Positions 44,736-56,011 of a stretch of DNA of 64,000 nt are shown piece after piece (position 1 is the stretch's first letter; each line of letters begins with the position of its first letter). The stretch is from Rebecca billardiae RCC1528 (Eukaryota > Protista > Haptophyta). The notes beneath the pieces are model-generated. The model saw nothing but the letters and a program-made list of their open reading frames with translations, did not search any database and was not told where the DNA came from. A program made the translations under genes and the position numbers. The DNA is taken from positions 1,054,001 through 1,118,000 of the forward strand of contig OZ251225.1 in the NCBI GenBank assembly GCA_965240325.2. Reading direction: 5' to 3'.

Positions 44736-46420
44736 TCAGCTGGAGCCCTGGGGCAGCTTGGCATTGAGGTAGTTGATCCGCGACTCCATGGCCGCCCGTT
44801 CCTTCTCGAACGATTCCTTCAGCTCCCTGCGCGCGTTGGGGCGGGGGCCGCGCGCGCACGCGGCCGTGAGCGCAGGGGGTCGGCTCGTCCATCGCAGCTG
44901 CGCCGCACCCAGCGGCAGCGCGACAGCAGTGCGCAACCCGCCGGCCCGCGCACCGAATCTCGCGCCGGTGTGTCGCCTGGCGCTCCTTCATCGTCTCGTT
45001 CGCCGCGCCGAGCTTCGCCTCGAAGGACTCGCGCATGTTGCGCAGCTCCTCGATCATCACCTCCTCGAACGAGTCCGCAGGCGGCCTGTTGGCCATCTCG
45101 AGCTCCTTCTTGGTCGAGGCGAGCACCGCGCTGACGTTCTGCACCTGGGCCTGCGTGGGGAGAGGGCGGCGGCGCGTCGCGGGGCCGCGCGCGCATGAGG
45201 CGAGCCTCGCGCCCGCGCCCGCCGCGCGCCGCGCGCGCGCGCACCTCGAGCCTGTCGTTCTCCGCCTGCACGTGCTTGAGCGCGCTCTTGTCCTCGCCGT
45301 CTGCGGCCGTCTGCTCGAGCTGCTGCGTCAGGTTGTCGATGCGCGTCTGCAGGTAGATCTGCGCGTTCTTCGAGCTCGCCTTCTCGTGCTTGAGCTCGCG
45401 CTCGAGCTCGGCCACCCTGCGCTGCAGCGAGCCCACCTGCTCCTCCGACGTCGACGCCGCCTCGCCAGCCTTGGCGTCTGTCGCGTCGGCGACGGCGCGC
45501 AGCTGCGCAATCGTGCCGTCGCGCTCGGCCAGGCCCGCCTCGAGCTCGGCGACGCGGGCGAGGAGCTCCTGCTCGCGCTCGGGCGCGACGGTGGCGGCGG
45601 GCGACGCTGCGCTCGCGCTCGCCTCGCGCGCCGCCGCCAGCTCCGCGCCCAGCCGCGCCACCTCCGCCTCCAACCCCTGCGCACGCTCGAGCGCCGCCGC
45701 AGCGTCCTGATCGGCGCGCGTGGCCGCGCCCTCGAGCCGCGCGCGCTCGGCCGCGGCGCCCTCGGCGCGCGCGCCGTCGAGGCGCTGCTCGGTCTCGGCA
45801 TCGATGGCACTCAGCCGCGCCTGCATCTCGCCGAGCTCGCGCTCCAGCGTCGTGTTCAGCCGGTCGCGCTCCTGCACGCGCGTCATGAGCTCGTTGATCC
45901 GAGCGACTGCGTTCGCACCTGGCGCCTCCGCCGCCTCCTCGGCGTCGGCGGCGAGCTGCGCGTGGAGCCGCTGGAGCCGGTCGAGCACGTTCACGTAGTA
46001 CGCAAGGCGCGTGTTCCCCGCCGGTGTCATCGGCACGTTCTCCTCGCCGGGCACGCCGTCGGCGGTCGCCTGCACGACGGCGCGCTCGAGCTGCATCATC
46101 TTGTCCTGCAGCAGCTCGTGCAGCGCGACCTTGGCGTGCAGCGGGTTTGAGCCGCCGACGATGAGCTGCATCGACGCTTCGCTCACCTCGGCGCCCTTCA
46201 CGGGCGTCGCGAACGCGCGCAGTCGGCGCTGCACATTGAGGATGTCGGCGCGCATCGCGGAGAAGTACGTCGAGTCATCGAGCTTGCCGAGGTATGACGA
46301 TAGCCCGTCGGCGGTGGAGCTGAGGGGCACGCGGGGCGAATCGCGCATGCGCGGCGTGCCCGGCCCGCGGGAGCCAGGGCGTGAGCCCGGGCGAAGACGG
46401 CCGGGCTCGACCTGCATCAT
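44736..46420 (-). CDS. Coiled-coil protein; exons 46420-45245, 45150-44954, 44826-44736
   Basis: Long E/Q/A/R-rich heptads. Two GTGCGC..GCAG introns join three ORF segments in frame. Confidence 0.78.
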
Positions 46421-46684
46421 CACCGACGCCAGCGCGGCGGCTGCAACGGCAGCAGACAATGGCGGCCCAGTGATCGGACCGCTGCGCTCTCTGCTTGCAA
46501 GGGTCGTGCTGAAACGGTCCGAAGAAAAATTAAAAAACCCGATTTACCCATGCAGAAAGAAAATCGGCGGGCTTTTTCGACTTATCTTGGTGCGTCCAAG
46601 TCCGCGTTGCTCATCTGGCCGTCGCGTCATCGACACGGCGGAGGCGCAGCGCTTCAAGTACCTGCGAGCCGTGGCCGGCCATAC

Positions 46685-47323
46685 ATGATGCTCGGCTTCT
46701 TCTCACGACCTACCGCTGCGGCCGTCGCTCTTCTCGCCGTGGTCGCCGATGGCGCGCGCGTATCTGTACGCCGCGGGGGTCGACAGGAGATCATCTCACG
46801 CTCTCGCTCACCCCTGAGTCTCTTGCGCCCGTCTGACATCATCGTCGCCGAGAGTGGTTCGGAGCTCCTGGGGTTCATGCAATGTGCCTTGATCGGGTCT
46901 GGGTTTCTCTTCCTCGCCGATGATCTGGAGGTAGCTCAGCTCGAAGCCGACGACGAGCAGACGCGCTGCCTACTTGCAAAGCAGGGGATCGGCAGGCTGC
47001 CGACGAGCAAGAGGCTGTGGTGGTTTGGACCTCCTGGCGACGCATCAAATGCTCTGAAGTCAGCTGGCTTTGTCGAGGTGCCACTTGCTGAGACGGTGCG
47101 CGCGCTGTGGCCAGCACTTGCCTTCTTTGGAACGCCAATTTTTCTGCTACCTGCTATTATCTTTGCATTCCCGCTGCTGCCTCAGAGCCTCGCCTTCATC
47201 GACGAGCTGGGAACACCTACCAGGATTGCGATTGCGGCTGCTCCGCCAGTGCTGACAGTTGCACTGGCAGGCCAGTCGCTCCTTGGGAAGACTGTATTGA
47301 GCTCGACTGGGAGCAGACGCTGA
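46685..47323 (+). CDS. Signal-peptide protein with degenerate GNAT-like fold and two C-terminal TM helices (212 aa)
   Basis: Signal peptide, IIVAESGSELLGF..QGIGRL..LKSAGF pattern, hydrophobic C-terminus. Lower GC3 than its neighbours. Confidence 0.55.
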   Translation: MMLGFFSRPTAAAVALLAVVADGARVSVRRGGRQEIISRSRSPLSLLRPSDIIVAESGSELLGFMQCALIGSGFLFLADDLEVAQLEADDEQTRCLLAKQGIGRLPTSKRLWWFGPPGDASNALKSAGFVEVPLAETVRALWPALAFFGTPIFLLPAIIFAFPLLPQSLAFIDELGTPTRIAIAAAPPVLTVALAGQSLLGKTVLSSTGSRR

Positions 47324-47618
47324 TCCCATGGGCGGGCATGGCTGGTTCCACTGGGGCTGCACGACCGTCCAGCATTGGTCTCGGCAGACTCCATAGTCCA
47401 TGTCACAGACGGAGTGGTCGAATCGGTGCGCGCTATCAGACTATCTGACCTGGCTGCTGAGTGCTGTGACGGAGTAGACAGTAGTGGCGAGCGTCGACCA
47501 GTGGCAGCATAATGCATATCGAAGTACGGCGTCGCCGTCCGGGCGTCACATCCGAGTGTTTAATATTGAATATTATTTGAATAATATATTATGATCATCT
47601 CATTCTCGGAAGCCGAGT

Positions 47619-47719
47619 TCTGCCACCAACGCCGACTTCGTGTCGACGATCGGGCACTGCCGCCGACGAATCAGGAGACCCGCGTCGTCCTACCTGTGTC
47701 GTTAAATCATAGAATGAGT
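47619..47719 (-). repeat. 101-bp dispersed repeat (inverted partner of 39960-40060)
   Basis: See 39960-40060. Confidence 0.92.
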
Positions 47720-48910
47720 TACAAGTGTAACATGATAATGTCTTATTAATGATATAGTGAATGCCGATAACCGCCAGTCGTGCGGACCCGCTGATCATCA
47801 CGTGGGCGCCGCATCGCCATCGGCCGCATGCCAGCCGCGCTGACGCTCGGACCTGGCGTCGCGGACTCGGGGTAAGTTAGTAAGTACTGTGAATAACTGT
47901 GATTGTGCGAGTAAGTTTCAGTGACACGTCGAGTTCGTGACATAATTCCGAACATTTTACATCAGCCGACGCTGAGAGTCTGGCTCCGGTCGCTCACAAC
48001 TCACTGACGGAGTGTCGACGCGGGCCGCATGACGCCTGTGGACGTGGTCGTGGGGTTAAACAGCCAGCGGCCTTTGGTCTGGGAGCGCTGAGCAGGGCTA
48101 GATGCGCCCTCAGCCTCGCATACGGCCCGTGAATCAGGCCCGGATTCAGCATCGCCCAGTGGCAGTGACGGTCATCCCGTCACCGTCAGTTGGGGTTGGT
48201 TCACAAACGTGTCCGGGTCGTAACGTTTTGTTTGCCATGCTGCTCTGCGCTTCAACTGGCAGTCGCGGGCGGGTCGGGCGCGGCGCTTTCAAGACTCGGA
48301 CTCACGACTCTGACACCCGCACCGTGTCCGACTGCACGCGCTACCTGTATTCCCAACTCGGCGCACTGTCTCAAAGTGGGCTGAGAGAGCACATGTAGCG
48401 CCCCCAGCTCATAGGCGACCAGGCACTGGACCGCATAAGCTTGCACGCTAGCCTGATGCGCACTTCCCCACGCGCATACCCCCCTCCCCACCCCCCCGTT
48501 CATCCCCGGCGCTACTTCATTCTGATGCGGCGGGCTCGAGCTCGGCGCCCTGCCTACGACCGGTCACCACACCGTGCGGCGTCTACAGTAGTTCCGTCAA
48601 TAGAAATGTCGTGTGGGAAAGCCGCGCTGACCCGTGGCCACAGTTTGGAGCTCGAGAATGCGAGCGCGCTCGCCCTCCTGCTCCCTTCCCCCGGCGGTGA
48701 CTTCCTCCCGAGCGCGAGGAGCCGCACAGAACGGAGATTCCTGCCGCTGGCAAGGGCGGTGTGCCTGGCATCACCCGGACACGCACGGCCGCCCGGCCGC
48801 GTCCGCTCCGGGCCAATCAGCGACTTGATTGCGGCCAGGGTGGCGGCCAGGCCGGCAAGTTGAAGATACGGACGATCCCGAAGCCGTGGGACCCTTCATC
48901 ATCGCCGGCG

Positions 48911-51265
48911 ATGGTGCCACCCTACAGCGCGCGTTCGTGGCGCGCGGCGGCGGTGGCTCTGGCGGTGGTGGCGGTGGCGTTGGTGGAGGCGGCGTACGAG
49001 GATGTGCCCGTTGTGAAGGGGCGCCAGATCTATATCTATGGCAAGCCCTTCCACGTGCGCGGCGTGTGCTATTCGCCGGTGCCGATCAACGAGTCGATGC
49101 TCTTCGGGCCGTATGGCGACTACTTCACCGACGAGTACGCGTTCATGTGGCGGCGCGATCTGCCGCTGATTAAGGCGATGGGTGCGAACGCCATCCGCAT
49201 CTACGGCTGGAACGAGGACTCCGACCACATGCTCTTCCTGCGGTACGCGATGGACCATGACCTGCGCGTGATCATCACGCTCAACCTTGGCAGTGCGTCG
49301 ACGACGCCGATCCGCGGGGACGCAAATCGGAAGAAGGTGGCGGACCGGCTCGCGAAGCAGGTGCAGTCGTACGGCGAGCACCCCGCCATCCTCGCCTGGT
49401 CCTTTGGCAACGAGATCAACATGATGGAGCACGGGTTCCTGCAGGAGTTTGACCGCGAGTTTGTCTGCGGCTGGAACGTGCACGACCAGAAGCACGTGCG
49501 CGCGGCGCGAGCGCGCGGTCTCGACGCGCGCAGCGCGCGCGTGCCACGCCGCCGCTGCGCCGGCGCGCGGCGCGCCGGCGCCGCACGCGCGCACGCATGC
49601 ACATCCCAGCGCGGGGCCTGCGGTCGTCTGACGTGGCCGCGTGCACGCGCGCTGCGCCACGCGCGCAGGGAGGGTGTTACAATCCGAAGAACCCGCCGAA
49701 CACGTCGGACCCGTGCTACGACTCGTCGTACTGCGTGTACTCCCACCTCTTCAAGTTCATCAACGAGGCGGCCACCGCGGCGAAGCAGCACTCGCAGGTG
49801 CCCATCCTGTCTGCGTTTGCGGATGTCGATCAGGTCCTCGACAAGATCCAGCGCGCGGGGCATCTGGTGCCCGCGCTGGACATCTGGGCGGTGCAGCTGT
49901 ACCGCGGCTACTCCTTCGGCTCGTGGTTCAAGAAGGCGAACAACGCGTCCAAGTCGGCGACCAACCACAAGGCCTTCCTCATCACCGAGTACGGCGTCGA
50001 CGCGTACCACGACGCGTGCGGGCACGACGTCAAGAAGACGCCGTGCTTCAACCAGCTCGGCGACGCGTCGGGCTCGCACGAGGACGAGGGGACGCAGGCG
50101 CTGTGGAACCGCAACCTCACGAAGGAGATCGCGTGGCACTCCTCCGCGCAGGACCTGTGCGTCGAGACCTCGAGCGAGTACCAGGAGGCGTTCAACCTGA
50201 CGGGCGACGACGGGTACACCAACGACACGTGCGTCGTGGCGGGCGGCTTCGTCTACTCGTGGGTCGACGAGTACTGGAAGGGCTCGTTCGTCGCGGCGGA
50301 GTGCCGCCCGAACTTCTGGGAGCCGGCCTTTACGCTCGACAAGTGCGAGTACAAGGCGCACGTCACCTGCGCCAACTGGAACGCGTCTCTGCACGACCTG
50401 TGCGGCCAGCCGCTGCACTCCAGCCCGGACCACTACCAGAACGAGGAGTGGTTCGGGATGACCACGCCCACCAAGTGCGCCGACTCGATGGACAGGTGCG
50501 CCGCCGCCCGTCGCGGCGCGGGGCCTCGGCGCGAGACGCACCCACGCGCCGGCTCCCTCGCTCACCGCCGCCGCCTGTGCCGCGCGCCCATTGCGCGCGC
50601 GCGCACGCCGCTCTGTGCACGGCCCCCTGGCGCGCGCAGCCTGAGGCTACGCAAGGTGTACTGGGCACTGCGGGAGGAGTGGCAGGGCGACACACAGAAC
50701 GGCTCCGGCTCGATCAAGTCGCCGTCGTGCAACCAGATCACGCGCTGCCCCGCCGACTGCTCGGGGCGCGGGAAGTGCGAGACGGACCACAAGATCTGCG
50801 GCCCTGCGGATCTCAAGCCAAACTCTGGCGCGCCGTGCTGCCGCTGCAACATTGGCTGGGCGGGCGAAAGGTGCGACATGCTCGACGCTCGCACGAAGAT
50901 GGCTGTCGGCGCGGGCTTCTCCCTCCTCACCCTCGTGGGGCTCATGCTGCTCGCGCAAGGTGCGCTCCCGCGCGGCTCCAGCCCCACGCCGTGCGGCGCT
51001 CGGCGCGCAGTGAGTGTGGCATGCGCGCCGTGCAAGCGCGATCCGCGCGCTCACTCGCCGCGCCCGATCCGTGCCTCACGTGGCATGCGCTGCACGCACC
51101 CTGTGCGCTTGCGCAGGGCTGCGCGGCGGCCTCTGCCCGCGCAAGACGTCTCGCACACCCGCGTACGGTGGCGCAGGCATCGAACAGAGCCTGCTGTTGG
51201 AGCACAAGCTTCTTGGCGCCGGCCAGGTCTCACAGTTTGGGTCAGTCAACGCTCCAGTGAAGTGA
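48911..51265 (+). CDS. Clan GH-A glycoside hydrolase (GH72/GH2-like TIM barrel) plus EGF-like domain and TM anchor; exons 48911-49495, 49669-50495, 50640-50959, 51117-51265
   Basis: Signal peptide, RGVCYSP, RDLPLIKAMGANAIRIY, acid/base GNE, nucleophile ITEYG, GGFVYSWVDEYWK, NEEWFG. EGF CPADCSGRGKC..CRCNIGWAGERC, then a TM helix. Confidence 0.85.
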
Positions 51266-51450
51266 AAGTGTCAAGTGACATGAGCATGTGCCTGTGGCGC
51301 ATGTGCAGTCTCGTCAGTGCTCCATGCTGCATTCTGATTCCGCATCGCGATCATCATCTGCTGCTGCCATATGGCATATCTCTATATAATACTACTACAG
51401 CTGCCAGCATATTATTATATATATCAATAGATCGATGATGAGATGATATG

Positions 51451-51754
51451 TCAGCTGTATTGCCGTGCCCGTTTTCGGTTTTGGAAAGTGTGGTCAGGTG
51501 TATCGCCAGCAAACGCACGTTTTGACTTAATCTCGCCTGCCTGAGCTGTGTGCGTCTCTTATTCTTAGTAAACTGTACCGTATAGTCAGTTGTATTATTG
51601 CCGTTTTCGTCCATAGCCATGTTTGGGAATCACGTAGTGTCAATCTTGTTGCCAACGTCGAATACTTGTGTCAGGTGTATTGCCGTGGATGATGATGGCC
51701 CAATACTTGGAACTTTGTCCAGCTGTATTGCCGTCGCGTAGTGTGGGTCAGTTG
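51451..51754. repeat. Interspaced short-motif array TCAG(C/G/T)TGTATTGCCGT
   Basis: Copies at 51452, 51495, 51587, 51672, 51720 and a truncated copy at 51749, separated by non-identical sequence. Confidence 0.7.
51530..51577. mobile_element. Tc1/mariner-type terminal repeat fragment
   Basis: Identical to 13911-13958, ending tagtaaactg|ta. Confidence 0.65.
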
Positions 51755-51895
51755 TTTTTTTAATCCCCCTTTATATAACGGGCTCCGGGTGATCAGGCTG
51801 GCGGCCGAAGCCTCCAGCCCTAGGCCAGGCCTGGCCGCCCCCAACCAACCACCACCCTCACCCAACCTCAAACCACTGACCGAGACACCGTTGCC
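51755..51895 (-). mobile_element. ~135-nt A-tailed retroposon, copy 2 (more diverged)
   Basis: Reverse-complement match to 18018-18151. T-run at 51755-51761. Confidence 0.75.
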
Positions 51896-52023
51896 GTTTG
51901 CGCATCTTTGATTCAGGTTTGTTGCCGCGATCGCCCGCGCGCTGATGATGGCGCTGGCGCCCACGCGCCGCCGGCGTGCGCGGCGTGCCCTTGAGCAGGC
52001 CTAGCTGATCCCAGGCCAGAAGA

Positions 52024-52420
52024 GTGACGTTCAACGACGACGATCTCTGCCGGGGTAGCGCCGTGTTCCTCGACATCATCAAGCCGAACGACGACCTGAA
52101 CTGTGGACCGGAATCTGCACAAACGCTGCCGCATGCGCGCGCAGTGCAACACGCGCGTGCACCTCGGGCTACTCGCCGTCTACGCGGAGACGGGCGAGAA
52201 TCCGTCGCGACTTCTATCGAATCGGCGTTGCTCCGTGCTCACTTCGACTCCGGGACCGTCAAGCGCGCAGTCGATGACATTGCGACGGCAGCGCATGCAG
52301 GTGCATGCGTGAAGCAGGGTGAGCATGTGTTGCTGCGCCCCGATTCGCGGGAGTCGAACGTGCACGACGGGCGTGTGCTCTTCAACGGCCTCAAGGAGCT
52401 TGACCAACGCGACGCGCGTC
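52024..52420 (+). pseudogene. Decayed coding fragment of unknown identity
   Basis: GC3-biased stretches (FNDDDLCRGSAVFLDIIKPNDDLN; HLGLLAVYAETGE; VLFNGLKELD) lie in shifting frames with no clear start. Confidence 0.3.
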
Positions 52421-52671
52421 CCCCTCACTGCCTGCCATCGACTGTCATTCACACCGTGGCGATCAACCAACGCGCGTCGCTCTCGCTCGTGCAACACTGC
52501 TGGCGCGTGCCTTTTTGCGATTGTCATCACTCCAACAGCAGACTGCCCTGTGGCCAACCGTGTGCAGGTGGCTGACCGTGCGCCAGTCGCACTCGTCAAC
52601 GCAGGCTGATTGGCCCGCGGAGGAGGAAGTCCAAGGCGTACTGCCAGCTGGGACACAACGCACCGACCGGC

Positions 52672-52712
52672 GTGTGCGTGTGTGTGTGTGTGTGTGTATG
52701 TGTGTGTGTGTG
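52672..52712. repeat. Imperfect (TG)n microsatellite
   Basis: Directly visible. Confidence 0.9.
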
Positions 52713-52973
52713 ACGCCCACACTCTGACTCTGCACTCGGGCAGCGACCAAGTTCCTCTGATGCTTATTATTTCATCGTCCTCCTCCTCACCGCCGACGAT
52801 CGTCTGCTCTCTGCATGACCGTTGTTGGCTTATAGCTTAGTGATGAGTCCGGCGAGGCTTCCCCGGGAGTGACCGGAGTCACGGACGGAGTCGAAGTGGC
52901 GGGACCACGCCGGCGGGCCTGCGGCGCGCGGCCCGCGGCGCCGCCGCCCGCATGCTGGGCTGCGGGAGGCTCG

Positions 52974-54110
52974 TCATCTACCTCTGAGAGGTCCACCGCC
53001 ATCCACGCGGCCGTCGTGTTCCAAGTAGAAGGTTTCTTCGGCATGCGCGCCACCCGGCGTGGTCGAAGAGGAGTGTTGCGTCACAGCTTGCCGCGACCCG
53101 GACGGCGCGCGGTCGACATCGCGGGTGTGCAGTCTGCCACTTCGCTCTCGACGATCCGCAGCGATGGCGCGAAGGTCGTTGCGCCGTCCAGCCGAGCAGC
53201 AGAGCGTGCAGCTTATGATGGCTGCTGTCGGGGCGCACACGGCCGCCACGGCGAAGATGACGCCGATGTAGAGTGTCGAGCGGCGTGCCGCACACGACGC
53301 GTGCACCGTGTCGAGGCATCGGCACTCGCAGTTGCCGTAATCCGCACGTGCTCGCGGGTCGCGCCTCAGGCAGAGCAGCTCATCTGCACTGAAGGGCTTA
53401 GGCGGGTGAGGGAAGCAGAATGCGAAGTGCTTCGACGCGATCGAGTTGGTCACGTTGAGGCACGCTGGCGCACTCTCGGCGTCCAGGACCTCGCCGCATT
53501 CCGAGGTCATGTCGTCGCCGAGGTAGTCGGCGAGTGCGCACGTGGGCACAAAGGCGGCGGTTGCCAGCGCCTGGCACGTAGCCAGCGCGACGACGGAGCT
53601 CACATCCGTTTGGTGCGCCGCGAATAGGCCCACACCGCCCGATACAAATGCCAGCGCTGTGGCTGCGTACGATGGCCAGAGCAGCGTGTCTTGCAACGCA
53701 TCGAGACTGCTGTCGCCCAACGTGCCAGCGTGATGCTCCGCCGGAGGCTCGGAGCCGATGCACGCCTGTACGGTTTGCATCTCTCGCCTGGCCTTGCGCT
53801 CGCATTCGCTGCCCCTCTCTATAGTCCCAAGCGACGAGGACAGGGAGACTGTGACGATGAGGGCCACCACACCCGCGATGATGAGGAGCATCGACAGCGC
53901 AGTCAGCGTGCGCATGCGACGTGCCGTGCCCGCGTCAATGATGCGCGATCCATCCAAAGACGATCGGGTGGGCAGCAAAGAGTCGTCGCTGGTGTTGTCA
54001 CTGCGCGACCAGTCCCCTCGCGGCATGAGCTTGACGTCATCTGCCTCTTCCCCGGTCGCCGGCTGCGACGATGACGGCGGCTGGTCCGAGGATGAGCATG
54101 ATGCGCCCAT
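52974..54110 (-). CDS. Four-TM tetraspanin-like membrane protein with Cys-rich loop (378 aa)
   Basis: MGASC N-terminus (possible acylation), four hydrophobic helices, a large Cys-rich loop between TM3 and TM4, juxtamembrane CTLCC. Confidence 0.7.
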   Translation of the reverse strand: MGASCSSSDQPPSSSQPATGEEADDVKLMPRGDWSRSDNTSDDSLLPTRSSLDGSRIIDAGTARRMRTLTALSMLLIIAGVVALIVTVSLSSSLGTIERGSECERKARREMQTVQACIGSEPPAEHHAGTLGDSSLDALQDTLLWPSYAATALAFVSGGVGLFAAHQTDVSSVVALATCQALATAAFVPTCALADYLGDDMTSECGEVLDAESAPACLNVTNSIASKHFAFCFPHPPKPFSADELLCLRRDPRARADYGNCECRCLDTVHASCAARRSTLYIGVIFAVAAVCAPTAAIISCTLCCSAGRRNDLRAIAADRRERSGRLHTRDVDRAPSGSRQAVTQHSSSTTPGGAHAEETFYLEHDGRVDGGGPLRGR

Positions 54111-54286
54111 GGCCTCCTCACGCCCGCATGAGGGCGCGCCGCATTTTCAGTTTCCTGGCGCGCGCGGCGGCGCCGCGGCGGGACGCGATAAATATTTTCT
54201 CCGCGGCGGTTGATGGACTGTGAGTCTGTGACTGAACATCGACACATCGTTCATTCATCTGATGACTCACAGTGACATCGCAATGT

Positions 54287-56011
54287 TCATCGCTTCGTAG
54301 TCGCCGCCTCTGCTTCCTTGCGTTCTTCCTGCTTCCGCTTCGCATCCTGTGCGAGGCCGAGCCTCTCCTGGACCGCTTTGTCCGATCGCTTTGACTCGAT
54401 GAAGGCGGTGATCGGCAAGAGGAAGATCTTGAAGCCGTCGGCCAGCCCGGCCGTGTACGCGCCCGACACCTCGCGCGCCTCCCAGTCGAGCAGGACCCAT
54501 CCGACGAGCAGCACGATGGCGAGCACGGCGATGATAATCATGGACCAGATCAGCGCGGCTACGAGCTCCCACCTCGAGAAGAGCAGCTCAGACTGCGCCC
54601 TGCTGACCAGCGGTAGGACGTCGTCGCTGAGGACGGCCTTGATCTTGACGATCGTGATGAAGCTGTACAGCAGCGCGCTGCCCGCCGTGGTGAGGACCGT
54701 CGCCACCTGCAGCGGGTTGAGCTGGATCGCGACGATGAGCCAGAAGACCCAGAGGAAGCACTGGTACGCGGCGAGGAAGACGAGCACGTGGAAGCCCGCC
54801 GTGTACAGCCGCGCCACCCGCCGACGTATCCGCCACGGCACGAGCAGGAGATACTGCGTCGCGTGGCTCGACGCGAGCATCGCCCACACAAAGAGCAGCG
54901 CCGAGAGGCCGAGCGTGTACTCGGCGCCCAGGACCGGTGAGACGATCATGCAGATGCATGGCAGGGTGAAGACGAGCGAGGTGGCGGAGAGGATGAACGC
55001 GGAGATGATCCCCTTCACCCAGCTCCGCGCGTTCTCCACCGGGTCGCCGAATATCGTGTCGGCGAGGAACATGGGCCCGAGCGCATCGAAGGCGATCTTC
55101 TCAAAGCCGCCATGCTCGATCGCAAACTTGAAGTACGCCTCGCCAAACTCGCTGGCGGTCTTGGTGAACTCGTAGGTGATGCGCGCCCGGAGGACGTGGC
55201 GGACGAAGAAGGTTGCCAGGAACACCATGATCGTCGACATCCACACAAACGACCACGCCCAGTGGAACGGCTGCGTTGCGAGCGGCTCGTCGGTCGCGAC
55301 GGGCGCCGTCATGTGCTCAAACTCAACCAGGTGTTCGCGCGGGTCCATCGAGAGGAGGCCATGGCGCCGGGCGGCGCGGAAGAGGGTGCGCACGAGACGC
55401 AGCGCGTCCGTCTTCATCTCCTCGCACCGCGGCGGATCGATCAGCACCGTCTGCCACTCGCGCTCGTCGTAATCGCGCTCGCTGTCGTCCATAATCGTCA
55501 TCTCGATCCTGCCCCGGCCGATCGTGAGCGTGTTGAGCGTGACGATGGTGAGGAAGTGGTGGCCGATGAGCTGGATGAGCGAGGACTGGACGAATATCAC
55601 TGGTTGCTCCTGGCCCGACATCTGGATCGTGAACTCGTGTACGGTCGGGTCCTTGAGCACGTCGGCGAACGTGCCAGAGCCCGCAGGGGTGTGCACAGAC
55701 ACGTCTGGACACACGCGCAATTGCCAGCGGTCCGTGACGCTCAGCTGCGGCGGCGCCTGGACGAATGTTCGGACGGTGAAGAAGGCGAGAACGCTCGCGT
55801 ACAAGGCGAACACCAGCCACACGACAGCGATGCGCGCCATCGCGATCGGCCCGCTCGGCGGCTTGAAGATGAGCGAGAGGTCCATGGTGTAATCATCGGC
55901 AGTTGCGGGAGCGGGCACGGCCTCCTCGTCGTCCTTGAGCTCGCGGAAGCCGGCCTTTGCACCACCAGGCTTCGCCCGCGCCGCCTTGTCCCTGTCCTTC
56001 CGCTTCAGCAT
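54287..56011 (-). CDS. Multi-pass membrane protein of unknown function (574 aa)
   Basis: Intact ORF with strong GC3 bias. One N-terminal TM, a ~160-aa loop, then about 7-8 TM helices. Confidence 0.8.
   Translation of the reverse strand: MLKRKDRDKAARAKPGGAKAGFRELKDDEEAVPAPATADDYTMDLSLIFKPPSGPIAMARIAVVWLVFALYASVLAFFTVRTFVQAPPQLSVTDRWQLRVCPDVSVHTPAGSGTFADVLKDPTVHEFTIQMSGQEQPVIFVQSSLIQLIGHHFLTIVTLNTLTIGRGRIEMTIMDDSERDYDEREWQTVLIDPPRCEEMKTDALRLVRTLFRAARRHGLLSMDPREHLVEFEHMTAPVATDEPLATQPFHWAWSFVWMSTIMVFLATFFVRHVLRARITYEFTKTASEFGEAYFKFAIEHGGFEKIAFDALGPMFLADTIFGDPVENARSWVKGIISAFILSATSLVFTLPCICMIVSPVLGAEYTLGLSALLFVWAMLASSHATQYLLLVPWRIRRRVARLYTAGFHVLVFLAAYQCFLWVFWLIVAIQLNPLQVATVLTTAGSALLYSFITIVKIKAVLSDDVLPLVSRAQSELLFSRWELVAALIWSMIIIAVLAIVLLVGWVLLDWEAREVSGAYTAGLADGFKIFLLPITAFIESKRSDKAVQERLGLAQDAKRKQEERKEAEAATTKR

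Noticed and set aside
6226-51265. A glycan biosynthetic gene cluster
   Set aside because: The four glyco-genes are spread over 45 kb among unrelated housekeeping genes.
51451-51754. CRISPR array
   Set aside because: Repeats are short, degenerate and irregularly spaced; the context is eukaryotic and no cas genes are present.
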